From positions 1 through 55,461 of the forward strand of contig JAYEJU010000056.1 of the NCBI GenBank assembly GCA_034660655.1: a stretch of DNA of 55,461 nucleotides. Reading direction: 5' to 3'. Below the pieces are notes generated by a model. The model was given only the letters and a program-made list of their open reading frames with translations, was not told the DNA's origin and did not search any database. Position numbers and translations under genes: made by a program. Numbering within the stretch: position 1 is the stretch's first letter; every line of letters begins with the position of its first letter. This DNA is from Patescibacteria group bacterium (GTDB taxonomy: Bacteria; Patescibacteriota; Patescibacteriia; JAACEG01). Below, one piece after another: positions 34,192 to 44,092 of this stretch.

Positions 34192-35769
34192 ATGGCTGTT
34201 TTATACCAAAAATACAGGCCGGGTTTTTTTTCTGAAGTTGTCGGACAAGAGCATATAAAAAAAATATTAACGCAAGAAATCAAAAAGGACAAAGTTGCTC
34301 ATAGTTTTTTATTTGTCGGACCGCGCGGAATCGGCAAAACAACTTTAGCGCGAATTTTAGCAAAATCATTGAATTGCGAAAAAAGAAAAGCAGGAGAATT
34401 TGAGCCATGTAACAAATGCGCGAGCTGTAAATCAATTAACGCTGGAAGCGATTTAGACATAATAGAAATTGACGCGGCTTCGCACACGGGAGTTGACAAT
34501 GTTCGGGAAAATATTATTTCTGTCTCTAGAACAGCCCCCGCGTTGAATAAGCATAAGGTTTTTATTATTGACGAGGCGCATATGCTTTCAACATCAGCGT
34601 TTAACGCTTTGCTAAAAACCTTGGAAGAACCGCCAAAAAATATAATTTTTATTTTAGCAACAACGGAAATACAAAAAGTTCCGCTGACTATAATTTCCAG
34701 ATGCCAAAGATTTGATTTTAAAAAAATATCTTTTAACGATACTTTAAAATGTTTGGAAAAAATATGCGATAGCGAAAAAGTAAAAGTTGATATAGATGTT
34801 TTAAAAAATATCGCTTATATTTCAGAGGGATGTTTGCGCGACGCTGAAAGCTTGCTAAGCCAGATTTTAATATTAGGCGACAAAAAAATAACAAAAGAGC
34901 AGGCAGGGGCAATTATTCCGACAACAGACATAGGTTTGATTTTTTCATTAATGGAATTTTTGATAAAAGGCAACGCGAAAGAAAGCATTGAATTAATTAA
35001 TAATTCTTTAAGTAAAGGAGTTGATTTGCCAATATTGTCGCAAAGTTTAATTGAATTATTGAGAAAAATTTTATTGTATAAGATTGATCCAAACTTAGAA
35101 GAATTCAGCAGAGAATTTGATAATGAAAACAAAAAAAAGGTTGATGGTTTCAGCCAGAAATTAGATGAAAAACAGATTTGTTTAATGATTGAAATATTTA
35201 ATAAGCGTTTGTTAGAAATAGAATCAGCGAAAATTATTCAATTGCCGTTAGAAATGGCAGTAATTGAAATTTGTTTGTTGTTTGGCAGTGATAAAAAACA
35301 AAATATAGAAATAGAAAAAAATCGTGACAATGGAAAAATCAAAAATCAGAAGCATGTTCTGGGTGAAGCCGAAGGATCAAAAACCAAAAATAATTTATTA
35401 GATAATAAAAAAATTGATAATCCAGAAAAAGAAATCAGAATACAGGATATTCAATTTAATTGGTCAAGCATAATAGACGGAATTAAAAAATATAATAATT
35501 CTTTATCTTCTATATTAAGAACAAGCGTTTTGCGGAAAATTTCCAAAAATATTTTAACCCTTGCTTTTCAGTTTAAATTTCATCAAGAGAAAATAAAAGA
35601 ATTGAAAAATAAAACTATTATTGAAAATATAATCAAAGAAAATGTCGGATGTTTAGTTAGAATTGACCCTGTTTTTGATAAAGAAATAAAAAATGATAAT
35701 TCAAAAAATAGCAATAAAAATATTTTAGACGCAATGAATGAAGTTTTTGGAGATGACATCGCAAAGTAG
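34192..35769 (+). CDS. dnaX: DNA polymerase III subunit gamma/tau
   Basis: Walker A GPRGIGKTT, zinc module CxxCxxC (CEKRKAGEFEPCNKCASC), IIDEAHML and the SRC motif (ISRCQRF). Confidence 0.9.
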   Translation: MAVLYQKYRPGFFSEVVGQEHIKKILTQEIKKDKVAHSFLFVGPRGIGKTTLARILAKSLNCEKRKAGEFEPCNKCASCKSINAGSDLDIIEIDAASHTGVDNVRENIISVSRTAPALNKHKVFIIDEAHMLSTSAFNALLKTLEEPPKNIIFILATTEIQKVPLTIISRCQRFDFKKISFNDTLKCLEKICDSEKVKVDIDVLKNIAYISEGCLRDAESLLSQILILGDKKITKEQAGAIIPTTDIGLIFSLMEFLIKGNAKESIELINNSLSKGVDLPILSQSLIELLRKILLYKIDPNLEEFSREFDNENKKKVDGFSQKLDEKQICLMIEIFNKRLLEIESAKIIQLPLEMAVIEICLLFGSDKKQNIEIEKNRDNGKIKNQKHVLGEAEGSKTKNNLLDNKKIDNPEKEIRIQDIQFNWSSIIDGIKKYNNSLSSILRTSVLRKISKNILTLAFQFKFHQEKIKELKNKTIIENIIKENVGCLVRIDPVFDKEIKNDNSKNSNKNILDAMNEVFGDDIAK

Positions 35770-35782
35770 AAAAATATGTCAT

Positions 35783-35853
35783 TCGGGGATCGTCTAATGG
35801 TAGGACGGCTGGTTCTGGTCCAGTTAATCGGGGTTCAAATCCCTGTCCCCGAG
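35783..35853 (+). tRNA. tRNA-Gln (CUG)
   Basis: TCGGGGA...GCTGG-TTCTGGT-CCAGT-TAAT-CGGGG-TTCAAAT-CCCTG-TCCCCGA-G. The U1-A72 pair is typical of bacterial tRNA-Gln. Confidence 0.85.
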
Positions 35854-35954
35854 CAAATATAATTTTTGTGTTTTATGGCAAATTAAAATTAAAGTTGTTG
35901 TTGACGATAAAATATGTTATTATAAAAAATAAGAATAATTCAAATAATTAATTT

Positions 35955-36059
35955 ATGGATATTAGAAATAGTTCAAATAGAATTATATTAGTGATTTTTA
36001 TATTAGCTGTTATTTTTTTGTTAATTGCTATAGCTTTTTCTTTTATATTTAAACATTAA
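35955..36059 (+). CDS. Possible 34-aa single-TM peptide
   Basis: MDIRNSSNRIILVIFILAVIFLLIAIAFSFIFKH. It lies just upstream of the SPFH gene. No SD and not in the ORF track. Confidence 0.25.
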   Translation: MDIRNSSNRIILVIFILAVIFLLIAIAFSFIFKH

Positions 36060-36078
36060 TTTTTTTAAAAAGCATTTT

Positions 36079-37092
36079 ATGCAAAGAAAAATACATCCTT
36101 TAGCTCTTTTAATCATTCTTTTTATTTTAATTTCTATGTTGGGAAAAAATATTTTTCCTTTCTTAATTATTGCGGGCATTATTTTATTAATTATAAAAAT
36201 TGCCGGCAAGAAAAAAATTATGGACAGAGAAAATGTGATTAATATGGATTCAAATATGAATTTTGATCCAAAACAATTTAAAAAAGGAGGAGTCGCTGTT
36301 TTAATTGTCGTGTTTTTGTTAATATTTGGAATTTTTTCAGTCGTGATTATTCCCGCCGGCGAAACAGGAGTATTTCATCTTTTTGGAAAAGTCCGCGACA
36401 AAGAAATGTCATCTGGTCTTCATTTCAAAAATCCTTTAGCTATGGTTACAAAAATGAGCATTAGAACTGAAGAATACACAATGAGTATTGTTAAAGGCGA
36501 AGGTCAGGTTAAAGCGACAGACGCTATTAAAGCTTTGACTAAGGAAGGGCTGGAGGTTGAATTAGATATGACAATTTTGTATCATTTGGAAGAAAACATG
36601 GCATCTAACATTTTTAAAAACGTCGGACTTAATTATGTGGAAAAAATAATCCGCCCAAGCATTAGAAGCGGTATAAGAGAAATAATCGCCAATTATGAAG
36701 CAAAAGATATTTATTCAGAAAAAAGGCAGGAAGCCGCGGGACAAATTTTGGAAAAATTGAAAAGTGATATTAATCCCAGAGGGATTGTTATTGAAGAAGT
36801 TTTATTGCGTAATGTAAATTTGCCGACAAAACTTTCAAACGCTATTCAGGAAAAATTAACTGCCGAGCAAGAGGCGCAAAGATATGATTTTATTCTGCAA
36901 AAAGAAGAAAAAGAAGCTGAAAGAAAAAGAATTGAAGCAGCTGGCCAGCGCGACGCGCAAAAAATTATTAATGAAAGTCTAACAACAAATTATTTGAATT
37001 ATCTTTATATTAAGGATCTTAAAGACCGCGAAGGAACAATTTATATTCCAGTAAATCCGTCTACGGGGATGCCAATGTTTAAAGGATTATAA
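36079..37092 (+). CDS. SPFH/band-7 (prohibitin/HflC-like) membrane protein
   Basis: IIPAGETGVFHLFGKV...GLEVELDMTILYHL...REIIANYEAKDIYSEKR followed by a coiled coil with EAERKRIEAAGQRDAQ. The true start may be an internal Met. Confidence 0.8.
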   Translation: MQRKIHPLALLIILFILISMLGKNIFPFLIIAGIILLIIKIAGKKKIMDRENVINMDSNMNFDPKQFKKGGVAVLIVVFLLIFGIFSVVIIPAGETGVFHLFGKVRDKEMSSGLHFKNPLAMVTKMSIRTEEYTMSIVKGEGQVKATDAIKALTKEGLEVELDMTILYHLEENMASNIFKNVGLNYVEKIIRPSIRSGIREIIANYEAKDIYSEKRQEAAGQILEKLKSDINPRGIVIEEVLLRNVNLPTKLSNAIQEKLTAEQEAQRYDFILQKEEKEAERKRIEAAGQRDAQKIINESLTTNYLNYLYIKDLKDREGTIYIPVNPSTGMPMFKGL

Positions 37093-37099
37093 TATTTTT

Positions 37100-37780
37100 A
37101 TGGTAAAATTTGAAAATATAACCAAAATTTATCCGCCGAATATAGTCGGAGTTGAAAATATTGATTTGCATATTAAGCCGAGAGAATTTATTTCTATCGT
37201 CGGTCAAAGCGGAGTCGGCAAAAGCACTTTGGCAAAACTTTTAATTGCTGAAGAAAGTCCGACAAACGGGCGTGTTATTGTCGGCGGATGGGACATTACA
37301 AATATTAGAAGAAATAAAATTCCAATTTTGCGCAGGCAGATCGGTGTTGTTTTTCAGGATTTTAAACTTTTATCGCAAAAAACTGTTTTTGAAAATGTTG
37401 CTTTTGCTTCTGAAGTGTGCGGAATCCATAGAAAAAAAATAAAAAAAACAGTTCCGCAAGCATTGAGCATAGTAGGGCTTGATGATAAAGGCGATCGTTA
37501 TCCTTTTCAGCTTTCTGGGGGGGAAAAGCAAAGGGTTGTAATCGCGCGATCATTAGTGCATCGCCCAAAACTTTTGATTGCTGACGAACCAACTGGAAAT
37601 TTGGATTCAGTGAACGCGCGAGAAATTGTTGATTTGCTTTTGAAAATAAATGATTTTGGCACTACTATTATTTTAGTAACGCATAATCAAGATATAGTTG
37701 ATTCATTAAATAAAAGAGTTATTGTGATGGAAGGAGGAAAAATTATAAGTGATAAGAAAAAAGGGAAATACACTTTATAA
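37100..37780 (+). CDS. ftsE: Cell division ATP-binding protein FtsE
   Basis: [24 protein letters not shown] and [11 protein letters not shown]. It is paired with ftsX downstream. Confidence 0.85.
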   Translation: MVKFENITKIYPPNIVGVENIDLHIKPREFISIVGQSGVGKSTLAKLLIAEESPTNGRVIVGGWDITNIRRNKIPILRRQIGVVFQDFKLLSQKTVFENVAFASEVCGIHRKKIKKTVPQALSIVGLDDKGDRYPFQLSGGEKQRVVIARSLVHRPKLLIADEPTGNLDSVNAREIVDLLLKINDFGTTIILVTHNQDIVDSLNKRVIVMEGGKIISDKKKGKYTL

Positions 37781-37840
37781 ATTAAAAAATAAAAATTAAA
37801 GAGGAAAAATAACAAGGAAAAATTTAAAATTGATATTATT

Positions 37841-37950
37841 AATGTCAAATGTCAATTCAATGTCAAATGACTAAATGCCAAATTAATTTTTGAACAAAAT
37901 TCAAATTCTAAATTTCATCTTTATTTGACATTTGGATTTTGAAATTGTTA
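37841..37950. repeat. Low-complexity palindromic element (CAAAT arm / ATTTG arm) in the ftsE-ftsX spacer
   Basis: aatgtcaaatgtcaattcaatgtcaaatgactaaatgccaaatt ... atttgacatttggattttgaaattg. The arms are roughly complementary. Confidence 0.6.
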
Positions 37951-37992
37951 TTAATTTTTTTATTTTTTCATTTTTAGTTTTTAATTTGAAAT

Positions 37993-38895
37993 ATGTTTTT
38001 TAGAATTATAAAATTTGCTTTTCAGAATTTTTATCGCAATTTTTGGCTTGCCATAGTAACCATAACTATGCTTGTTGTTACTTTGTTTTCCGTGACAACT
38101 TTAATAAGTTTGAATGTCGTGTCTGACCAAGTAATTAAATCAATAGAAAACAAGATTGACGTGAGCGTTTATTTTCATCAAGACGCTGATGAGTCCCAAA
38201 TTTTAAAAGCAAAAATAGGGCTTTCAAATTTGCCTGAAGTTGAAAAAATAACTTTTGTTAATAAAGAAGAAGCATTAGATCTGTTTAAAGAAAAATATAA
38301 AGATAATCAATCCATATTGTCATCTATTGATGTTTTAAATGAAAATCCTTTGCCGAATTTTTTTATTATTAAAGCTAAGAATTCTGAATATTATCCAAAA
38401 ATTTTAGATGAATTAAACAAAAGCGATTATAATAAAATAATTAAGAAAAAGGATTTTGACGACCATAAAATTTTTATAAATAAAATTTCTTCAATAAAAA
38501 ATAAAACAAAAAAAATGGGCTTTATTGTTATTGCCATTTTTAGTTTTATTGCTTCTTTAATTGTTTTTAACACAGTGCGTATTGCTATTTATACGCATAG
38601 AGACGAAATAAAAATTATGAGATTGGTCGGAGCCACTAATTGGTTTATTCGCGTGCCGTTTCTTTTAGAAGAATTTTTTTACGCTTTTATTAGTTTATTG
38701 ATCTTAATGTCCTTCTTTTATCCATTGCTAAATTTTATACAACCGCATCTTAATTATTTTTTAGAATATGATTTTGATTTAATTTCTTATTTTAAAAATA
38801 ATTTTTTCTTTATTTTTGGTTTAGAATTTTTGGTTGTTATTTTAATAAATACAATATCTTCTTTTTTGGCAATGAAAAAATATTTAAAAGTTTAA
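37993..38895 (+). CDS. ftsX: Cell division permease-like protein FtsX
   Basis: TM1, an extracytoplasmic domain and three C-terminal TMs. IKIMRLVGATNWFIRVPFLLEE is the FtsX box. Confidence 0.85.
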   Translation: MFFRIIKFAFQNFYRNFWLAIVTITMLVVTLFSVTTLISLNVVSDQVIKSIENKIDVSVYFHQDADESQILKAKIGLSNLPEVEKITFVNKEEALDLFKEKYKDNQSILSSIDVLNENPLPNFFIIKAKNSEYYPKILDELNKSDYNKIIKKKDFDDHKIFINKISSIKNKTKKMGFIVIAIFSFIASLIVFNTVRIAIYTHRDEIKIMRLVGATNWFIRVPFLLEEFFYAFISLLILMSFFYPLLNFIQPHLNYFLEYDFDLISYFKNNFFFIFGLEFLVVILINTISSFLAMKKYLKV

Positions 38896-40388
38896 GATTC
38901 GTTAATTTTTTCATAGATAATACTTGCTATTAAAATATATCCAATGCCCAACGGATGATTTAAATAAGGAGTAAAAAAATGTATTGCTAAAAGCGATGCG
39001 AAAGCAAGTAAACTGCCGAATATAATTTCGTTATTTTTATTTTGCCAGCCTGTTTTTAAAATTTTTCTTATAAGTAAAAAATATATTGACAGCCCAGCAA
39101 TGCCTATCTTCAGCCATATGTCAAAATAACCCCATTCAAAAGCGTAAGTCGTGTATAAGCCGTTACTGTTATTTTCCAACGCGCGCGGATCTTTTGTTTC
39201 ATAAGTTATAGTTGTTCCAAATCCAGATCCTAAAACAGGATTTTTTTTTATTTTATTAAATAGCGGAGGCAATAGATTCCAACGGCTTCCAACAGCTGCT
39301 TCACCTGATATTTTTGTTGTTCTTTCGCTTATTGCCGTAAAAAAATTGGCGTCTGTCTTATTTTTTTGCAGAAATGAAATTTTTGTTAATGATGTAGTTA
39401 AAAAACCAGCTGAAACAAAAATTACCAATATTAACAAAGCATTAACGAAAATAAACTTAATTTTTTCTTTAAAAATGAAAAATAAAATAACGTAATATAA
39501 TAAAATTCCAAACAAAATTCCTATCCAAAAACTTCTTGAAAAACTGATTAAAATAATCATCGCGAAACTTATCGCAAAAAACAGAATAGGGATGTTATTT
39601 TTAATTTTTTCTTTTTTCTGAACAAATTTTTTATTCAATAATGGAAGAATAATAAAAAATCCCAAGATAGCGTAAATATGCGATTGAAAAAATATACGGA
39701 AAAAACTGTTTCCCATATCAGTAATTTCTCCAACGCCTGTTATTCTTATCCAGCGATATATTTCCGGCATTACGCTTATAATATGATTAGAAAAAATAAT
39801 AAAAATTATTGTTGTTTTTAAAATCATAGCGCTTACAGCGCCTAATATAACTGAGAACAGTTTGTCAAAATTTTCTTTTTTAATTGATTGAAAAAAAGGA
39901 AAAATCAACAAAAAATATAGCCAGCCGTTAAAATCAAAAAATATATTTGAAAAAGAATTCCTATGCGCTATTGCTAAAATAATTCCAATAATAAAAAAAG
40001 CAAACAAAGACAAAAAATAAAGAGACAATTTTGATTCTAAAATTTTTATTTTTATTTTGTTTGTTTTTTTAGAATCTAACGCTAATTTTATTAACCAAAC
40101 AGCAAAAACAATGGAAAATAGCCCAACTCTAATAGAAATTGATTTTTCATTAATTTCCCAATAAAATAAATAGCCCTTGCTTGCTATTATTAACTCGCTT
40201 AATATAATATAAATTCCATATTCTAATTTTTTGCATGATAGAATTAATGTTATTAAAATAATAGCCAAAAAAAATAATTTGTTTAACTCTGGAAAAATAA
40301 AAGCATATAAGCTAAAAAATTCTATTAGAATAATCGCATATAATGCTGTTTTAAAATATTTTTCATTGAATTGAAACAAATTTTGCAT
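38892..40388 (-). CDS. Polytopic membrane protein, O-antigen ligase/Wzy_C-like (tentative)
   Basis: 498 aa with more than 10 TM segments and one large loop. YAFEWGYFDIWLKIGIAGL is reminiscent of the Wzy_C motif. Its stop overlaps the ftsX stop (TTAA). Confidence 0.4.
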   Translation of the reverse strand: MQNLFQFNEKYFKTALYAIILIEFFSLYAFIFPELNKLFFLAIILITLILSCKKLEYGIYIILSELIIASKGYLFYWEINEKSISIRVGLFSIVFAVWLIKLALDSKKTNKIKIKILESKLSLYFLSLFAFFIIGIILAIAHRNSFSNIFFDFNGWLYFLLIFPFFQSIKKENFDKLFSVILGAVSAMILKTTIIFIIFSNHIISVMPEIYRWIRITGVGEITDMGNSFFRIFFQSHIYAILGFFIILPLLNKKFVQKKEKIKNNIPILFFAISFAMIILISFSRSFWIGILFGILLYYVILFFIFKEKIKFIFVNALLILVIFVSAGFLTTSLTKISFLQKNKTDANFFTAISERTTKISGEAAVGSRWNLLPPLFNKIKKNPVLGSGFGTTITYETKDPRALENNSNGLYTTYAFEWGYFDIWLKIGIAGLSIYFLLIRKILKTGWQNKNNEIIFGSLLAFASLLAIHFFTPYLNHPLGIGYILIASIIYEKINES

Positions 40389-40401
40389 TTTGATTTTTTA
40401 T

Positions 40402-41409
40402 TTATTTCATTGTTGACAAGCTTCTTTTATAAAGTTCTAAATTTTCCAAAGCGATTCCTGTCCCTTTTGCCACGCATAAGAGCGAATCATCGGCAGTATA
40501 AGCTGGAACCTCAATAGTTCGCGACAAAAGCTTATCTATATTCCGCAGCAAGCTTGAACCGCCCGACAAAATCATTCCTTTATCAATAATATCCGCTGAA
40601 AGCTCTGGCGGAGTTTTTTGCAAAACAGATTTTGTGGCGTTGATGATCCCTTCTAAATCATTTTGGATTGCTTCTGTTATATCGTCAGAAGTGGCTAAGA
40701 TAGTTTTTGGCAGCCCACTCATCATATCACGCCCTTTTACTTTTATTGTCATTTTTTTATCAAGATACATTGCCGAGCCGATATTGATTTTTATTTTTTC
40801 AGCTGTGCGGTCGCCGATCGCCAAATTGTATTTTTTTCTAATAAATTCTGATATAGAAGAGTCAAATCTATCTCCGCCAATTCTCACTGAAGTTGATGTT
40901 ACAATTCCGCCCAAAGATATCACGGCTATTTCTGAAGTTCCGCCTCCAATATCAATAATCATATGCCCAGAAGGCGCGCCAATAGGAATATTTGCTCCAA
41001 TAGCCGCAACAATCGGCTCTTTAATAATGTAGGCCGCCTTAGCTCCAGCCGCTATTGTAGCGTCAATCACTGCTCTTTTTTCAGTTGATGTAATTCCTGC
41101 TGGGACAGCGACCATCACCTCGGGGCGGAACAATCGAACATTGCCAAGAGCTTTATTGATAAAATATTTTATCATTATTTCAGTTGTTTTATAATCAGCA
41201 ATAACGCCGTCTTTTAACGGACGCGAAGCAACAATTGAATCAGGTGTTCTGCCAATCATTTCTTTTGCTTCAGCTCCGACGGCCAGGATTTTATTGTCAG
41301 TAAGGGATATCGCGACTACGGATGGTTCATTTATTATAATGCCTCTTTTTGGCACAAAAACTAAAATATTTGTCGTGCCTAAGTCAATCCCTATTTTTTT
41401 TAAAAACAT
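40402..41409 (-). CDS. mreB: Rod shape-determining protein MreB
   Basis: IGIDLGTTN, the actin-fold phosphate and adenosine motifs (DIGGGTSEIAV, LSGGSSLL). ATG 41409 is preferred over TTG 41424. Confidence 0.95.
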   Translation of the reverse strand: MFLKKIGIDLGTTNILVFVPKRGIIINEPSVVAISLTDNKILAVGAEAKEMIGRTPDSIVASRPLKDGVIADYKTTEIMIKYFINKALGNVRLFRPEVMVAVPAGITSTEKRAVIDATIAAGAKAAYIIKEPIVAAIGANIPIGAPSGHMIIDIGGGTSEIAVISLGGIVTSTSVRIGGDRFDSSISEFIRKKYNLAIGDRTAEKIKINIGSAMYLDKKMTIKVKGRDMMSGLPKTILATSDDITEAIQNDLEGIINATKSVLQKTPPELSADIIDKGMILSGGSSLLRNIDKLLSRTIEVPAYTADDSLLCVAKGTGIALENLELYKRSLSTMK

Positions 41410-41458
41410 AATATAAAAATGCAAAAATCAAATCTCAAAATTAAATTTTTTTATTATT

Positions 41459-41896
41459 TTAATCTAAAATTTTAAGCTTTAATAAGTCAATAATATCAAT
41501 TTTTTGTTTATTAGTCAAGCGTAAAATTTTGCCAGTGGCTGATCCGCAATCAGGGCATGACTCCATAAATTCTACTATTTTTTTCAGATAATTTTCAGCT
41601 AAGATCAGATCTTGATTTAAAACTAAAATATATTTGCTGTCTGATAATTCTATTGCTTGATTATGTCCCTTTATAAAGCCCAAATTTTTTTTGTTTTGTA
41701 TAAAACGAAAATCAATTTGACTATCCGCGAATTTTGTTTGGAATTTTTTTATTATTTCAGCGGAATTGTCAGAAGAATTATTGTCAATTATCAACAATGC
41801 GAAATTCTTGTAATCTTGCGCCAAGATTGAATTAAAACAATCATGCAAATATTTTTCACCATTATAAGTAAGTAGATTTATTGATACTTTTGTCAT
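41459..41896 (-). CDS. Glycosyltransferase family 2, N-terminal half only (possible gene fragment)
   Basis: VSINLLTYNGEKYLHDCFNSILAQDYKNFALLIIDNNSSDNS is a typical GT2 N-terminus. At 145 aa the acceptor/catalytic C-half is absent. Confidence 0.55.
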   Translation of the reverse strand: MTKVSINLLTYNGEKYLHDCFNSILAQDYKNFALLIIDNNSSDNSAEIIKKFQTKFADSQIDFRFIQNKKNLGFIKGHNQAIELSDSKYILVLNQDLILAENYLKKIVEFMESCPDCGSATGKILRLTNKQKIDIIDLLKLKILD

Positions 41897-42103
41897 AAAT
41901 TTAATGCAATAATTTTATTTGCATTTTAATAATTTTTTATTATAATACAAATAAGTTTTTTGACTTTTATATTGATTATAAAGCATTGGCATTTTAGGTT
42001 AAATAATAACAAGTTTAGATAATTATAAATAAGCAATTTGAACAATATTTTTTTAAGGAAGAAAAAATAAATTTGATTTTTTATTAATTTAACAAAAAAT
42101 ATT

Positions 42104-42514
42104 ATGGAAAAAAGAAAAATAGTGATTTGTGCCAGCGCTTCATTTGAAAGTGAAATTATTAAATTAAAAAATAAGTTAAAAAAACGTGGCTTTGAAGTTA
42201 TAAAGTATCCTACTAAAATCAAGAAAGATTTTCTTAATAGTTATAAAAAGGAATTTTCAGAGCATTATGAAGCTATTTTCAAAGCAGACGCTATATTAGC
42301 GCTTAACTTAGAAAAAAAGGGACTGTTTGGATATATAGGATCTGGAGTATTTGCGGAAATTGCTTTTGCAATAGGTCTGAATAAAGTTTTAAACAAAAAA
42401 ATAGAAGTATATTATTTAAACCCTATTCCAGAAGGAATTTTTCCTCATTCTGACGAATTAAAATTTTGGCAAGAGTTGGGATGGATAAAATTGTTTAAAA
42501 TGCCAAAAATTTAA
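42104..42514 (+). CDS. Nucleoside 2-deoxyribosyltransferase-like (flavodoxin-fold) protein, tentative
   Basis: KIVICASASF... and YIGSGVFAEIAFAIGLNK resemble the DxGTxxExGxA motif region of the NDT/SLOG-like superfamily. Confidence 0.35.
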   Translation: MEKRKIVICASASFESEIIKLKNKLKKRGFEVIKYPTKIKKDFLNSYKKEFSEHYEAIFKADAILALNLEKKGLFGYIGSGVFAEIAFAIGLNKVLNKKIEVYYLNPIPEGIFPHSDELKFWQELGWIKLFKMPKI

Positions 42515-42522
42515 AAAAGAAA

Positions 42523-42550
42523 AAGCCGTTTTTATACCACGGCTTTTTTG
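42523..42550. terminator. Bidirectional rho-independent terminator between convergent genes
   Basis: AAAGCCGT-ttttatacc-ACGGCTTT, flanked by an A-run upstream and a T-run downstream. Confidence 0.75.
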
Positions 42551-42603
42551 TTTGGCATTAGTTTTTTGGCCAATTATCAGCAATAAATTTTTTGAGCTTA
42601 AAT

Positions 42604-44091
42604 TTAAACGGATTTTTTAGTTACATTAAATCCTAAATATTTTCCAAGCATTAAGCGAGTTTGCGCGTCAATAGCTGGTATAGATCCGAACGCAATCATA
42701 CAAAAGGGAAATAATATCCATTGTAAAACCATAAAAAGATATTTACCTTTCGCGTATTTTTTAGGGCGAGGAGGCAACATTAAAACGCTTAACAGAGCTG
42801 AAAGAAGCAACCCAATCATAGAAGCGTTCATTAAATATTGAAGCGTTGTTGGAGCGTTTTGCGCCAAGACAGTAGCCTTAACTTGATCTCCTGCAAAATG
42901 CAAAGGCAGCCATCCCATTATAAAAATAATTATCGGAGCTGTCGCCCAAGAGTATGTACCTTCAAGTTGGTTCCATGTGTATCGCAATTTTATAAACAAT
43001 TTGATTTTTTTATTGCCCCACATATTTTTCATCATATACGGAAAATTTTCAACGCCATAAGCCCATCTTCGTATTTGTTTGTATTGATTTTTCATACTTG
43101 TCCAAAAATTTCCTTCATAAGCCGTATTCATAGAAATTGAAATATACATTGGAATTACATCATAATTTCCGTTATATCTGATTATGCCTTGCAAACAGAT
43201 TCTTGAGTCTTCAGTTACAATATCTTTTTGCCAAAATCCAACATCAACTAACGCCTTAAAACTCATACTGTGCGATGAAAATGTAAAAAGTCTTTCTGGT
43301 CGCGCTAAATCAGTGAACAGCCAAAAAGTTGTGCTGTTATGCACAACTCTTATTAAGGAGGGAGACTCCCAGATATTATTATTATAAGTCGCAACAGGTT
43401 GATAACTTGCTTGCAAGCGATTCGGATTGTTTAAAAATTTATAAGTAAGATACGCGAAATATTGTTTATGCGGGCAAGTGTCAACATCAAAATTTGAAAT
43501 TAGAATATTTTCATAAGGAATTTTTTGCTCATCAATAAAATTTTTAGCGCGATGGCCTGCCCAACAAGCATTTGAGCCTTTTCCTGGCATTTCATTAGGT
43601 AGTCCTTTTGGGTGAACTGTTGTAATTAAACGAAAAAATTTATCTCCAAATTCTTTTTTTATGGACTCAGCGTAGCGCAAAAAATTTTCCTTATCTCTTT
43701 CTTCGCCTGAAAGGACAATAATAAATTTATCCAGCGAAAATTTTGTGTTTATTAAATTTCTAAAAGTTTTTTGCAACACTTCTAACGGCTCTAAATAAGT
43801 CGGCAAAATTAAAACTTGGTAAATTTTTTTCCATTCTGGATTTTCTTTTTGCAATTTTTCAAACCAATCTATTTTTTGCGCTTTTTTAAATCTACGCCAT
43901 GATACTATTGAAAAAATCATCATATAGCAAATTCTCACAAACCAATAAACATCAAAAACAATAATAAAATAAATTGCCCATAGCGGTTTTGTAAAAGACA
44001 AAATCAGAACGCTGATTAGCGTTGCCCAAACCATAGCGCCTGGAATAATTTCTAAAATTCTGTATTTTAAATGATCGCTTATTTTAAACAT
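42604..44091 (-). CDS. Membrane-embedded glycosyltransferase family 2 (cellulose-synthase-like architecture)
   Basis: N-terminal TMs, a cytoplasmic GT-A region (ILPTYLEP..., NFDVDT, ...QIRRWAYG like QxxRW) and C-terminal TMs. ATG 44091 is preferred because the longer model overlaps the upstream gene by 164 nt. Confidence 0.7.
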   Translation of the reverse strand: MFKISDHLKYRILEIIPGAMVWATLISVLILSFTKPLWAIYFIIVFDVYWFVRICYMMIFSIVSWRRFKKAQKIDWFEKLQKENPEWKKIYQVLILPTYLEPLEVLQKTFRNLINTKFSLDKFIIVLSGEERDKENFLRYAESIKKEFGDKFFRLITTVHPKGLPNEMPGKGSNACWAGHRAKNFIDEQKIPYENILISNFDVDTCPHKQYFAYLTYKFLNNPNRLQASYQPVATYNNNIWESPSLIRVVHNSTTFWLFTDLARPERLFTFSSHSMSFKALVDVGFWQKDIVTEDSRICLQGIIRYNGNYDVIPMYISISMNTAYEGNFWTSMKNQYKQIRRWAYGVENFPYMMKNMWGNKKIKLFIKLRYTWNQLEGTYSWATAPIIIFIMGWLPLHFAGDQVKATVLAQNAPTTLQYLMNASMIGLLLSALLSVLMLPPRPKKYAKGKYLFMVLQWILFPFCMIAFGSIPAIDAQTRLMLGKYLGFNVTKKSV

Positions 44092-44092
44092 A

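Noticed and set aside
35133-35144. A possible dnaX programmed -1 frameshift. The heptamer A AAA AAG (35133-35139) has a -1-frame TGA two codons later (35142-35144), formally like the E. coli tau/gamma site.
   Set aside because: The site falls around residue 315, inside the predicted domain III needed for clamp-loader assembly. No convincing downstream stem-loop or upstream SD-like enhancer is visible. A-runs are frequent in this AT-rich genome, so it is probably coincidental.
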